Shown: positions 1 through 9,962 of the stretch, piece by piece
How the letters are laid out: every line of letters begins with the position of its first letter
Numbering within the stretch: the stretch's first letter is position 1
The notes under the pieces: generated by a model
What the model saw: only the letters and a program-made list of their open reading frames with translations
Databases searched by the model: none
Told to the model about the DNA's origin: nothing
Program-made: the position numbers and the translations under genes
NCBI GenBank assembly: GCA_963788655.1
Contig: CAWBHS010000110.1
Span: 1-64,000 of the forward strand
Length of the DNA: 64,000 nucleotides
Source: an uncultured Verrucomicrobiae bacterium
GTDB lineage: Bacteria > Verrucomicrobiota > Verrucomicrobiia > Limisphaerales > JAFGQR01
Direction of reading: 5' to 3'

Positions 1-625
1 TTATCTATGTAAAAACTGTTAACATGTTCCATATGGGCAGGAACTTCATCCAGATCAATTCCGCTTGAGTCAACTTTTCCTGGATAACCCATTTTAAATT
101 CACCTTCCTCCACCAAAATCATATTGTCATTTGGCGATTTGGCGTAATCACCTTCAGTTAGAAGAGTAATAATTTTACCGGCAATTTCAATATTATCATT
201 TCCACTGATGATTTCCTCATAAAATCTTTGACGATCATTACACCTGATTTAATTCAAATGAAATATGGTTTTCATCGATAATTGCTCCTGTAATAATAAA
301 TTCAATATTGAATATGCCAGTATACAGTGTACTGATAGACCTTTCGTTCAATGTTTCCAGATTACTTTTATAATTTTCCTTTAAAGTAGAGTAAGGTACG
401 ATTCCAAATTTTTTTAAGATCGATTGATCCGATCGCAGGTTTTCTGTTAAGATATTTTCTGTAAAATTCCAAATTATTATCATTGGTGAACATAAATATC
501 CCCAGACGAATCGGCACTTTATATCCTGAAAAGGGATCACTATCTTGTTCAGACCTACTAACTTGTGCAAAAGATACAGAAAGCAAAGAGGCTAAGAAAA
601 TTATTAATTGTAGTAAATATTTCAT
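1..625 (-). CDS. Secreted FGE-sulfatase (SUMF1-like) domain protein; frameshifted, runs off the window
   Basis: Signal-like MKYLLQLIIFLASLLSVSFA at 625. Manual translation near base 1 gives NMILVEEGEFKMG...DEVPAHMEHVNSFYID, typical of the start of an FGE-sulfatase domain. Joins ORFs 368..640 and 238..570. Confidence 0.7.
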
Positions 626-629
626 CACA

Positions 630-2295
630 TTATTCTCCAATAAGCAGAGTTACATAATCGCCATATTTTAAATACGTACCGCTAACGGGGGACTGATTGA
701 TAACCTGATCTTTTTGCTGTGTTGAAATGATGCTTGTTATTTTAACGTTAAAGTGGTTCTCCTTCAATATTTCGATTGCAAGCTCTTTCTGAATCCCTAT
801 AAGAAAGGGAACTTTGGTTTTGCGAACTACTTCAACTTTTTTTCTGGAATTAATTCCTTCTTCAGCAATAGTCTTCACCTGAATTAATCCCGCCTCCTCA
901 GGAAAAAGTAACATTCCATCTTTTGATATCTTAATCGCTTCTTCATAATTTGAGTCAGACAATGCAGTATTCGCTTTGTTAAGAAATGAATTTCGGATAA
1001 CTCTTCTTCCACGTAGTGCTTGTTCATTTCCTGGATATTTCTCTAATATTTTCTCATATATTCCAAATGAGTCTTGAAAATTTCCGCTTAAATATAAACT
1101 ATCTGCACTTTTTAGGAGCAAATTTGGTTCATTTTTTGGTTCTGTATTCTTTTCTGTACCACTGGATTTTTCTCTTTTATTGCAGGATTGTTTTCAATCG
1201 GCATTGTAACAAAAAGGGTAACTAATGCCCCTCCTATAAAGATAAGTAAAATCCACAGCAGCACTTTAAAGTTCTTCTCCCCTTTTTTACTTATCCGATT
1301 ATCAGCAGGAAGATCTTTGAATTTTTTCTTTTTCCTACCAATTTCCTTTACTGTTGTTTTTCTGCTTATCAAAGCGAGGGCTAGTTCTTTTCCGCTTTGA
1401 TATCTTTTCTGAGGGTCTTTTTCTAATGCTTTTGCCACAACCGTAGAGAGCCAGTATGGAACTTCCTTATTGATTTCCTTTACACTGGGTGGTATTTCAT
1501 TGATAATCTTAAAAATCGTTGTCAGAGGATTATCGCTGTTAAACGGAACTTTACCCGTAAGACACTCAAACATCACTATCCCCAAACTGTATATATCGCT
1601 TCGGCTGTCTGTTATTATCCCCTTTGCCTGTTCAGGACTCATATATTCCGGAGTTCCAATTAAAGAACCCGTTTGGGTCAATTTACTTCTGTTGGCAGCA
1701 TAGGCTATACCAAAATCAGTAAGTACAGCCCTTCCCTCAGTAGTTATTAAGATATTAGCACTTTTTATATCCCGATGAATTAGTCCTTTGGAATGAGCAT
1801 GATCCAAAGCATTCGCAATAGATATAATTATTTTTATCGAATCCTCAAGCTTAATTTTCTTATTGTATTTAATGATACGATGGAGATCATTCCCCTCCAA
1901 ATATTCCATAGCCATGTAATGAGTATTATTTACACTCCTTCATCATAAATCGTAACAATGTTCGGGATGATTTAAGGAAGCAACTAATTGGGCTTCCTGG
2001 TGAAATCGTTGGAGAAATTCATTGTCAAAGACCAAATTTTGGTGGACGACTTTTAATGCAACTGGACGATTAAGATTTTTTTGAGTTGCCTTGTAGACAG
2101 AGGCCATTCCTCCTCTTCCAATCTCCTCATAGATTTCATACTTAAACGAAAGAGCCATACGAACCTGAGTTTCCGGTGTAATAATCCCTGTGGATATACT
2201 TTGAGAATTTGTAAGCGAACTGCCACAATGCTTACATTTAATTGCATTGTATCTAATCAGTCATCACAGAAGGGACAACGTCTATATTCATCCAT
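630..2295 (-). CDS. Hanks-type Ser/Thr kinase: zinc ribbon, kinase, TM, TPR-like, PASTA; frameshifted
   Basis: IGRGGMASVY, VALK, HRDIKSAN, DFG, GTPEYMSPEQ; TM LLWILLIFIGGALVTLFV; PASTA-like VPFLIG...VINQSPVSGT. Upstream MDEYRRCPFCD/LIRYNAIKCKHCG joins the kinase after one frameshift. Confidence 0.88.
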
Positions 2296-2330
2296 CAAAT
2301 AATAAAAGTGCTAATTAAGTAATTTTGATT

Positions 2331-3161
2331 TTAATTAATAAAAAGAATCAGGGAAATATTATCGGTTGATCCCTGATCAAATGAATATTCAATCAATTTT
2401 TCAGCTAATTTTTCAAGGTTTCTTTTTTTTATCGCTTTCCTTATGAATTTTAAATATTTATTTCGTCCATTTTTATTTTTTAATATCAAGCCATCGGAAC
2501 ATAGCAGGAAAAAGTCTCCGGTTTCTAAACTCTCAAATTCTTTCTCCTCGGGGAAGATATCAGGTTCATCGGTCCCACCATCCAGACATCTCGTGATCAG
2601 ATGACCGTAACTATTCATGATCTCATCTGAAGCACCAGTATCATTATTCCTTTCTAACTCGTTTATATAAGAATGGTCCTCTGTGATTTTAACTATTGTA
2701 TCATCCTCATATTTATATATCCTGCTATCTCCTATATTTCCCCAAACATATTTTTCTTTATAAATCAACATACCGGCTAACGTTGTACCCATCCCCTGCA
2801 GTTCTGTATTAATTGATATTTGTTCTCCGATAACATCCTGAATCCTTTTGTATATGGCACTCATTAAGATTTTTAATTGCTTATCTTCATTTATACAATT
2901 TCCCTCAATGCTATTTTCAAGGACATCACAGGCAATATTGGCTGCAATTTTTGAAGCCAGATATCCATTTGAAGTCCCGCCCATTCCATCAGCTATAGCC
3001 ATAAACAAGACGTCTTCATTTGGCTGAATAACAATACATTCATCCTGGTTAACGTCCCTTTTACCTGTGACAGATAAATTATAGTATATAGGTTTCTCCT
3101 GGCCTCTATTTGTCCTCTTGAAAAGTTTCAATTTAATTCTACTGTATTTTCTACCAGGCAA
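2331..3161 (-). CDS. PP2C-family Ser/Thr phosphatase (PrpC/Stp1-like)
   Basis: GKRDVNQD, AIADGMGG, GMGTT, NIGDSRIY, LLCSDGL, GSTDNIS. Confidence 0.93.
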   Translation of the reverse strand: MPGRKYSRIKLKLFKRTNRGQEKPIYYNLSVTGKRDVNQDECIVIQPNEDVLFMAIADGMGGTSNGYLASKIAANIACDVLENSIEGNCINEDKQLKILMSAIYKRIQDVIGEQISINTELQGMGTTLAGMLIYKEKYVWGNIGDSRIYKYEDDTIVKITEDHSYINELERNNDTGASDEIMNSYGHLITRCLDGGTDEPDIFPEEKEFESLETGDFFLLCSDGLILKNKNGRNKYLKFIRKAIKKRNLEKLAEKLIEYSFDQGSTDNISLILFIN

Positions 3162-3184
3162 TTCTTTTATACATTAATAGCAGT

Positions 3185-3394
3185 TTATACTTTGTACTGA
3201 AATTCAATTTCTCCCATTTTAATTATTGACTCAGGCTTCAGTTCAGTAGTTTCTCCTAGCTTTAATTCATGTCCGTCTACTTCCGTAATATTAGTCGCAC
3301 TCAAATTTCTTACAAATAATTGCTTATTATTATAGATTATTTCAGCCTGTTTCCTTGAAACTGTTTTGTATTTGTTATCAATCTGAATATGTCC
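3185..3394 (-). CDS. FHA-domain protein, C-terminal part only (truncated at the junction)
   Basis: TVSRKQAEI...[14 protein letters not shown]...IIKMGEIEF; the rest of ORF 3185..3892 is antisense to the GH15 gene. Confidence 0.75.
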   Translation of the reverse strand, partial: GHIQIDNKYKTVSRKQAEIIYNNKQLFVRNLSATNITEVDGHELKLGETTELKPESIIKMGEIEFQYKV

Positions 3395-3444
3395 AGCAAT
3401 ACGATGAGTCGAAGCAAGGGGACATAACACCACCACCATCGCCG
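3395..3444. other. Probable chimeric junction with degraded Nanopore adapter
   Basis: AGCAATACGATGAGTCGAAGCAAGG resembles the ONT ligation adapter bottom strand (A)GCAATACGTAACTGAACGAAGTACAGG; abrupt AT-rich to GC-rich switch; genes on both sides lack their 5' ends. Confidence 0.75.
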
Positions 3445-4367
3445 AAGTGGATTGAGGCTCGTTGCGCCGAACTCGAACCCGATGGCGCACTGCAATTGGT
3501 GTACGGGTTGGACGGCCGGCATACTCTGCCGGAAGAGGAACTCTCGCACCTGGAAGGCTACCGGCAGTCCGCCCCGGTTCGCGTCGGCAACGCCGCCTGC
3601 CACCAGTTGCAACTGGATATCTACGGTGAGCTGATGGATTCGGTTTACCTCTACAACAAATACGGCGAGCCCATCTCCTACGATATGTGGGGGAACCTGG
3701 TGCGGCTGATCGACTGGGTGTGCGGCAACTGGGAACGCCCCGATGAAGGGATCTGGGAAGTGCGGGGCGGCGCCCAGGAATTCCTGTATCCCGGGTCATG
3801 TGCTGGGTGGCCATCGATCGCGGCATTCGGCTGGCGCACAAGCGCTCGTTCCCGGCACCATTCCAACGGTGGTACGAAGTGCGCGACGCCATTTACCACG
3901 ACATCTATCACAACTTCTGGAACCCGCAGCTCAAAGCGTTTGTGCAGCACAAAGGCGCCACCACCCTCGACGCCGCCTGCCTGCTGATGCCGCTGGTTAA
4001 ATTCATCAGCCCGCGCGATCCGCGCTGGATTTCGACGTTGGCAGCGGTGGAACGTTTGCTGGTGGCCGACTCGCTGGTTTACCGTTACAACACCCAAGGC
4101 GGAGCCGGCGACGGATTGCCCGGCGGCGAAGGCACGTTCTCCATGTGTTCATTCTGGTACGTCGAGTGTCTGTCGCGCTCGGGCGATTTGGAGAAGGCCC
4201 GGTTCTATTTTGAGAAGGCGCTCGGGTATGCGAATCACCTGGGATTGTACGCCGAGGAAATCGGCCCGCTGGGACAGCAACTGGGCAACTTCCCGCAAGC
4301 CTTCACCCACATGGGCCTCATCAGCTCGGCCTACAATCTGGACCGGGTGTTGTCGGCGCGGGATTGA
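3445..4367 (+). CDS. Glycoside hydrolase family 15 (glucoamylase/trehalase-like); 5'-truncated, frameshift ~3790
   Basis: [53 protein letters not shown]. Confidence 0.92.
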
Positions 4368-4479
4368 CGGAGTAACGCACCCGGCGGCTTCCGCCAAGCG
4401 GGCTTGCATCAGTAAAGCGGTTTAGTATCTCATGGCAACGCGTTGCGGCATTGGTTAATCTCCCGCCGCAAACAAACCG

Positions 4480-5688
4480 ATGCAGAACCAAACCGCACCA
4501 CCGCCGCACTCGCCGCAACCCAGGCGGCTCAAAGTGATCGTCCTTTCCTCCACCCGAAAGGAACGCGACGGCATCGCCGAGTACACGCGGCAAGTGTTTC
4601 GGAAAGACTTGCAGAATCCGGCCGAAGTGGAGATCACCGTTCAGGATATTTGTTTGGGCAACATGCTGCGCGCTCCGTTTCAAAAGGCCAACATCTTGCA
4701 CCTCCAGCACGAGTTCTTTCTTTTTGACCGGCTCGTTGGCCTGACAGGGATGTTTTATTATCCGTACCTCTGGCTTTGGTCGAAGCTGTTGGGGTTCAAA
4801 ATCGTGACCACCTTTCACTCGACGTACAACGTGGACGATTTGGGTGGTGCCCTGCCGCACTTCAAGAAATTCAAATGGCTGTTCCCGCTGGGCAGCTTGT
4901 ACATGCGATGCCACATGCTGCTGGTGTTCGCCCTGTCGCAGCGGATCATCATCCTGAGCAAAATCGGGCTGGACAACCTGCGTCGGTTGCTTTCTCCCAG
5001 AACGGTGGAGCGTAAGGTCCGCTACACACACCTGGGTAATTATGCTTCGAACATCCGCATGGAGCGTCACGGGTTACTCGAGCAACGCTGTGGCGTCCGG
5101 ACCACCGACAAGCTGTTCACCTTGTTTGGATTTGCGTTTCCCATCAAAGGATACGAATACGGCATTTACGCCATGGAGGTGTTGGTGAACCAGCGTCAAC
5201 GTCGCGACGCCAAGTTGATCATCGTCAGTGGCGAAACGGGTAAAGGCAGTTTCCCCGGCGGCGGTCAGGGCAACACCTACATTGGCTGGTTGAAGCAACT
5301 CGCGGCCGAACGCCACTTGGACGCGCAAGTCGTCTTCACCGGCTATCTGGCCAACGACGACCCGCTGCTGGAAGAAATCTTCGCTGAGACGTTGTGTTTT
5401 GTGTTCCCGTATCTCGACCGCAACTTTCCCTCCGGCGCCATCTCGACCACGCTGGCGACGGGCAAGCCCATGCTCGTTACTGACATCCGGTGCTTCCAGG
5501 AATACGAGGGATTGCCGTCGTTCCCCGAAAAAGACTCGGCCGCCCTGGCCGCCAAAATGGAGGAATACATGGACCACCCGGAACTGGTGGCGAAAGCGGC
5601 GGCGACCACCCGGCACAACGCCGAGAAGTTCGGCATGGACCGGATCTTTGCCCGCCATTTGGAGGTGTATCGCGAAGTGGCAGGGTGA
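4480..5688 (+). CDS. Glycosyltransferase family 4 (GT-B)
   Basis: DGIAEYT, HLQHEF, FGFAFPIKGYE, FVFPY...SGAISTTLATGKP. Confidence 0.85.
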   Translation: MQNQTAPPPHSPQPRRLKVIVLSSTRKERDGIAEYTRQVFRKDLQNPAEVEITVQDICLGNMLRAPFQKANILHLQHEFFLFDRLVGLTGMFYYPYLWLWSKLLGFKIVTTFHSTYNVDDLGGALPHFKKFKWLFPLGSLYMRCHMLLVFALSQRIIILSKIGLDNLRRLLSPRTVERKVRYTHLGNYASNIRMERHGLLEQRCGVRTTDKLFTLFGFAFPIKGYEYGIYAMEVLVNQRQRRDAKLIIVSGETGKGSFPGGGQGNTYIGWLKQLAAERHLDAQVVFTGYLANDDPLLEEIFAETLCFVFPYLDRNFPSGAISTTLATGKPMLVTDIRCFQEYEGLPSFPEKDSAALAAKMEEYMDHPELVAKAAATTRHNAEKFGMDRIFARHLEVYREVAG

Positions 5689-5743
5689 GGTCATCCCCTG
5701 CCAGGTGCGACGAGGTCGCGGCCGCCGGAGTACAGGTGCCCCT

Positions 5744-5863
5744 CAACGTGCTGCCGGCGTCCCGCCGGCAGAACCGGATTCAAGTGCCGTGTCCGTAGGA
5801 TTAAAAGGGCGAAGCTTCGAAGGGTCCGTTCCCTGCGACCGGCGGGATGCCGGCAGCACGTTG
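5744..5863. repeat. REP family A inverted doublet (REPIN-like)
   Basis: CAACGTGCTGCCGGCGTCCCGCCGGCAG ... CCGGCGGGATGCCGGCAGCACGTTG. Confidence 0.9.
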
Positions 5864-5916
5864 CGACTGCCAAAGAACCCGTTGCCAGCGGATCAGGAAT
5901 GCATCACATTACCCGC

Positions 5917-6807
5917 ATGAACAAGGCATTGGCTTTGAGCGTGCCGGTCCTCTTGGCGGTGTTGGCGGTCACGATTTTGTTTTTCGTGTCGGCGCTGACG
6001 GACAGGCAGAAGTTGCAGCAACAAACGCAACGATTGTCCGCCGAAGTCGCCCGACTGCAAAACGAAGCTGCCCAATTCTCCGCGTTGACCAATGCGACCG
6101 GCAACGCTGAACTTGCTTCGCCGCAAATTGCGAAATTGTCCGGGAACACTCCCTCGCTCAACGCTCAGGCCCCTTCGCCCTCATCGAGGGAGAGGGATGG
6201 GGTGAGGGGGCACGTTGAGAGTGGAGTTGCCACATCGCCAACCAACTCCCAAGCGAGCACTACCCAGTCCGTCAAATCGCCAAGCGATCCTGTAGCGGAC
6301 GCACCGGTTGCGGCAATTTCCCTCCAGCCGTCAAACCCTGAACCCCAAGTTGTCCAAGTTGCCGCCGCTGCCGGCAGCTCGACCAACGCCCCACTGCCAC
6401 GCCCCTACCAGGTCCGCGTTTTCTTGGGCAAGTCGTACGTCGGCAAGGCGTGGGTGGTTCCTTCCAACCTCCGGAAGGATGCTGACACGGGCCGTGTGGC
6501 GTACGAACCGATTGTTCATTTGCCCGAAGACGCCCGATCCGCCTTGACCGCCTACGTCACCAACGTAGTGGAAACTCCAGTGCCCGTCGGGCCGCAAGTA
6601 GTGGAACGGGAGGTCTATGTCGAACCACAGCCTTACTTTTGGGGCGTTCCCCAATATGTTCCGGTGCCCGTCGGACGTTATCGCAACCGACATCAACAAA
6701 GCCCGCCACCGGTGCCGCCCGCGCGGCCCATGCCCCAGGGGTCTGCGATCCTCAAACCACAGGGCCCCGGTGATCCCGGTTTCTATGTCCCGCCATTCAA
6801 TCGGTAG
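5917..6807 (+). CDS. Hypothetical membrane-anchored protein (N-terminal TM, short coiled coil, Pro-rich tail)
   Basis: ORF 5899..6807; hydrophobic LSVPVLLAVLAVTILFFVSAL followed by a coiled coil. Confidence 0.65.
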   Translation: MNKALALSVPVLLAVLAVTILFFVSALTDRQKLQQQTQRLSAEVARLQNEAAQFSALTNATGNAELASPQIAKLSGNTPSLNAQAPSPSSRERDGVRGHVESGVATSPTNSQASTTQSVKSPSDPVADAPVAAISLQPSNPEPQVVQVAAAAGSSTNAPLPRPYQVRVFLGKSYVGKAWVVPSNLRKDADTGRVAYEPIVHLPEDARSALTAYVTNVVETPVPVGPQVVEREVYVEPQPYFWGVPQYVPVPVGRYRNRHQQSPPPVPPARPMPQGSAILKPQGPGDPGFYVPPFNR

Positions 6808-6839
6808 CCAGTCGCGCCTTCAGCAGTTCGGACGCCTTG

Positions 6840-6961
6840 CCGGCTGAAGCCGGGACTCCGCACGAGACCGGTTGGGAGTCCCGCCTTCAGGCGGTGAGGG
6901 GCGCGGCTGGTTGGAACGTCACCGAAATGTTGCCCGTCGTACCGGCTGAAGCCGGGACTCC
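6840..6961. repeat. REP family C cluster (GGAG foot) between convergent genes
   Basis: CCGGCTGAAGCCGGGACTCC twice, plus inverted GGAGTCCCGCCTTCAGGCGG. Confidence 0.8.
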
Positions 6962-6984
6962 GAACGAGAACTCGCAAACCGGCT

Positions 6985-8445
6985 CTATGGCCAGGGTGGC
7001 GGAACCTCGCCCGGCACGCCCGTCAACCGGCCGTAAGTCTGCGGCATTCGATGGCGCGGGCCAATCGAGCGCCAATGGCCCACCCACCAAAGCGGCTCGC
7101 GTTGGCTGAGGTCGATCTCCGCCCAGAACACGCCGGTCTTGCCGCCGCTCGAAGCCAGGATGCGGCCCAGCGGATCAATCACCAGGCTGTCGCCGTCATA
7201 CACGGACGGCACCAGATAGATGCCATTGTCGCGGGCGCGAACGCGGAAGATCGTTTGTCCTTCAGCGCGTCCATCCTGGTCGGCAAAGGTTGTGCCCCAC
7301 GTCGGCGCAAACACAATCTCGGCGCCGGCCAGCGCCAGGCTCTCGGCCGTTTCCGGGAAGAAATAGTCGTAGCAAATCTGGATGCCAATCGTGCCGAAGT
7401 CGGTTTGGAACACTGGATATTCGTTTCCCGGAGTGATGCCCTTTTTCCATTCCTCGCGCGGCAGATGGACCTTGCGATACTTGCCGGCCAGCCGGCCATT
7501 GCGATCCAGCAACACGGCGGTGTTGAACAACTGATTGCCATCGCGCTCCAACAATCCGGCCACTACCCAAAGATGGTTCGCCCGCGCGGCTTTCCCGAGT
7601 CGTTGTGTTGACGGGCCGGGAATTGGTTCCGCCAACTCGCTCACTTTGGCCTGGGTGCCGACTTGGAGAATGGCTTCCGAGAGACATACAATATCCAATC
7701 CCAGTTTGCCCGCCGCGTCGATCTGTTCGCACCACAAGTCCAGGTTGCGCGCCGGCGTGCTGATGCGCGGACGGAGATAGACGGTGCCCACCTTCACTTT
7801 CCGCGGTGGCGGTGGGCTGGTGGGAAGCAGGCTGGCCTCCTTCCACAGGATCGAACCGCCCCGCAGCCATTTCGCTTCCAACGAAACCCGGGCACCGTCC
7901 GCTTCCGCCGGAGCAATGAACACATCGTCGAAGCGCGCCTTGTTACCCTGCAAATGCGGCCCGCGCGCCAGCACCCCGGCGGGATGCAACGCCCGCCCGT
8001 CCTTGAGCCATTCGATCCGCACCAGCACTGCCTGATACGGTTGGGGCACGCTCGACAATTCGCATTGGGCCGACACCGCGTAGGCGCTTCCGCCGTGAAT
8101 ACCTGCCACCGTCTGAACCACACCTCCGACGGCGAAATCAGCTTTCGACGCATCGATGAGCAAACCGGCCGAAGTGGGTTTCATTGAAACCCGCGCCGGC
8201 GTCCATTCCGGCTGCCACAGTTTCCAGGCATCAGCCAGCGCCTTGCCGTCGGCGGTTATCAAACGGGGTTGACGCAACAGCTCGTCGGCAGTCATCACCG
8301 ATGGATGCTCCGGCAACGTTGCTTGCCCGGCGGGGGCGCTGGCCGTCGCCGGAGGCACTTCATTGGCCGCCATACCAGCGAGGCAACAAGTGAGGCTCAG
8401 GAGAAGGAGGACAGACCGCAGAGCCAGTCTTAAAACTGCAACCAG
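6985..8445 (-). CDS. Carbon-nitrogen hydrolase (nitrilase superfamily) with N-terminal beta-sandwich-like domain; start uncertain
   Basis: Triad motifs CLSE, YRKVHLP, QICYD; signal-like LRSVLLLLSLTCCLAG. Confidence 0.85.
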   Translation of the reverse strand: MVAVLRLALRSVLLLLSLTCCLAGMAANEVPPATASAPAGQATLPEHPSVMTADELLRQPRLITADGKALADAWKLWQPEWTPARVSMKPTSAGLLIDASKADFAVGGVVQTVAGIHGGSAYAVSAQCELSSVPQPYQAVLVRIEWLKDGRALHPAGVLARGPHLQGNKARFDDVFIAPAEADGARVSLEAKWLRGGSILWKEASLLPTSPPPPRKVKVGTVYLRPRISTPARNLDLWCEQIDAAGKLGLDIVCLSEAILQVGTQAKVSELAEPIPGPSTQRLGKAARANHLWVVAGLLERDGNQLFNTAVLLDRNGRLAGKYRKVHLPREEWKKGITPGNEYPVFQTDFGTIGIQICYDYFFPETAESLALAGAEIVFAPTWGTTFADQDGRAEGQTIFRVRARDNGIYLVPSVYDGDSLVIDPLGRILASSGGKTGVFWAEIDLSQREPLWWVGHWRSIGPRHRMPQTYGRLTGVPGEVPPPWP

Positions 8446-8448
8446 CCC

Positions 8449-8534
8449 GTAGCAGCCGGCGTGAGGAGGCTCATTTTCGCTTGGAACACCGTATCCCGTC
8501 CGACAATCATGAGCCTCCTTACGTCGGCTGCTAC
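8449..8534. repeat. REP family D inverted doublet (GTAG foot)
   Basis: GTAGCAGCCGGCGTGAGGAGGCT ... AGCCTCCTTACGTCGGCTGCTAC. Confidence 0.8.
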
Positions 8535-8588
8535 AACTTTTCAAACAGACTCTGACCGTGGCGGGGCATGACTTCATCATGGCACTCA

Positions 8589-9773
8589 TCATCCGACGAC
8601 CTGAGGGGCTGTCAATTTGAAAGGTGCCGATGCCGGCCTCCTGTACACTTCCGCTCGACCGTTGCACAACACTGGTCTTTCCCACGACAAGTTGCTAACC
8701 TCTCGTCCACGATGAATTGGGTTACGGTTATACGCCGGGTACAGCCTAAAACTGACAGCAGGGCAATCCACGGATTTCAGCTTCCGAGCGATGGCCGCCA
8801 CCGCCAGATTCACTTGGCCCTTGCGCGCCAGCAATTGCTTGCCCCACTTGGCCAGGGGAGTTTGGGAGGAGCGCAAGATGGCCTGCGCGGCCTCGATGAG
8901 CAGACTCCGCAGATATTTGTTGCCATGTCCGCCGATACCCCCGCGCCACTCGTTGGCGCCACTGGCATCAAAGGCGGGATTGAGCCCGACGTATTTGACC
9001 AACTGCTTGGGAGCAGCGAAGCGTTGAATATCTCCGACGAAGGCCCCCAGGGCGAAGGCCACCATTTCGCGAACACCGCACAGCCGGACGAGCGAGAGCA
9101 GGACGGGATCGGTCAGCACTTCTTGGGCGATGAGGCTGCGCCACTGCTGGCGTTGCTGGTCGGCATGACGCAGCTCCAGCAGCATCAGTTCGATTACCCG
9201 CCACTGACGCGGGGACCATGGCCGCACCTTGCGGAGGTGCTCCTCCACCTCCCCCACGGGAGTCAAATGCACATTCGTTTTGAGCCGGACGCCATTGTCA
9301 CTGAGATAGGAACGTACGCGTGCCTGCATCTGCGTGGTGCGTTTGGTCGCCTTGCGGTAGGCATGCAACCAGTCCCGCCGTTCTTGGGTTTTGGCATCGG
9401 GCACCCAAACTTCTTTGGCCGTGCCGGCCAAGTAAGCTTTGCCAATCCGCACGGCACTGATCTTGTCGTTGTTGGCGTGCGCCTCCTTGAGTTTGCCCAA
9501 ATGGCAACTCTCCAAGACCAAGGCGCGGCGGTCGACGGCGGCCAAGGTGCGGACCACCTGGAAGCTGTTGCCCGAAGCTTCCAGCACGATGAGATCTTGG
9601 GGCGTGGTGTGTTTCTTGGCCCAGCTAGCAAGTTGGCTGATGGGCACTTGGTTAAAGGTTTTTTCCACGACGGCGGCGGCGGGGGTCGGTCCCCGGATCA
9701 AGGCCGCCGTAAAGCTGTCCGGGTGCGCGTCCAAGCCAATCACGCGCTCGACAAGTTTGGGTTCTTCGTTCAT
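8589..9773 (-). CDS. IS110-family transposase/recombinase
   Basis: IGLDAH, VLEASG, IGD-like VGDIQRF, YVGLNP...ASG, GNKYLRSLLIEAA, AVAAIARKL. Confidence 0.92.
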   Translation of the reverse strand: MNEEPKLVERVIGLDAHPDSFTAALIRGPTPAAAVVEKTFNQVPISQLASWAKKHTTPQDLIVLEASGNSFQVVRTLAAVDRRALVLESCHLGKLKEAHANNDKISAVRIGKAYLAGTAKEVWVPDAKTQERRDWLHAYRKATKRTTQMQARVRSYLSDNGVRLKTNVHLTPVGEVEEHLRKVRPWSPRQWRVIELMLLELRHADQQRQQWRSLIAQEVLTDPVLLSLVRLCGVREMVAFALGAFVGDIQRFAAPKQLVKYVGLNPAFDASGANEWRGGIGGHGNKYLRSLLIEAAQAILRSSQTPLAKWGKQLLARKGQVNLAVAAIARKLKSVDCPAVSFRLYPAYNRNPIHRGREVSNLSWERPVLCNGRAEVYRRPASAPFKLTAPQVVG

Positions 9774-9883
9774 TATACGCCTTTACAGAGTTCGCGGATG
9801 CAAGATCCTGGCTGCCGGATGCATCGCAAAGCTGGTTCACCACGCAGGCGACGCCTTTGTTTCAGCCAATGACATCTCATCTG
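8601..9883 (-). mobile_element. IS110-family insertion sequence (ends inferred)
   Basis: Transposase ORF; on the minus strand the right end reads TTGACAGCCCCTCAG and the left end CAGATGAGATG, sharing CAG; no terminal inverted repeats. Confidence 0.7.
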
Positions 9884-9962
9884 TGTAATCCTGCAATCTG
9901 TGGTTCCACCAATGGTCCAGCCGGAACGATTCAGTTGGAATGGTTGCGCTGTGTTTCCCCTT

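Noticed and set aside
1..3394. Horizontally acquired AT-rich island
   Set aside because: The adapter-like junction, truncated genes on both sides and lack of mobility genes favour a read chimera.
3185..3987. FHA-GH15 hybrid ORFs 3185..3892 and 3355..3987
   Set aside because: They only read through the artefactual junction.
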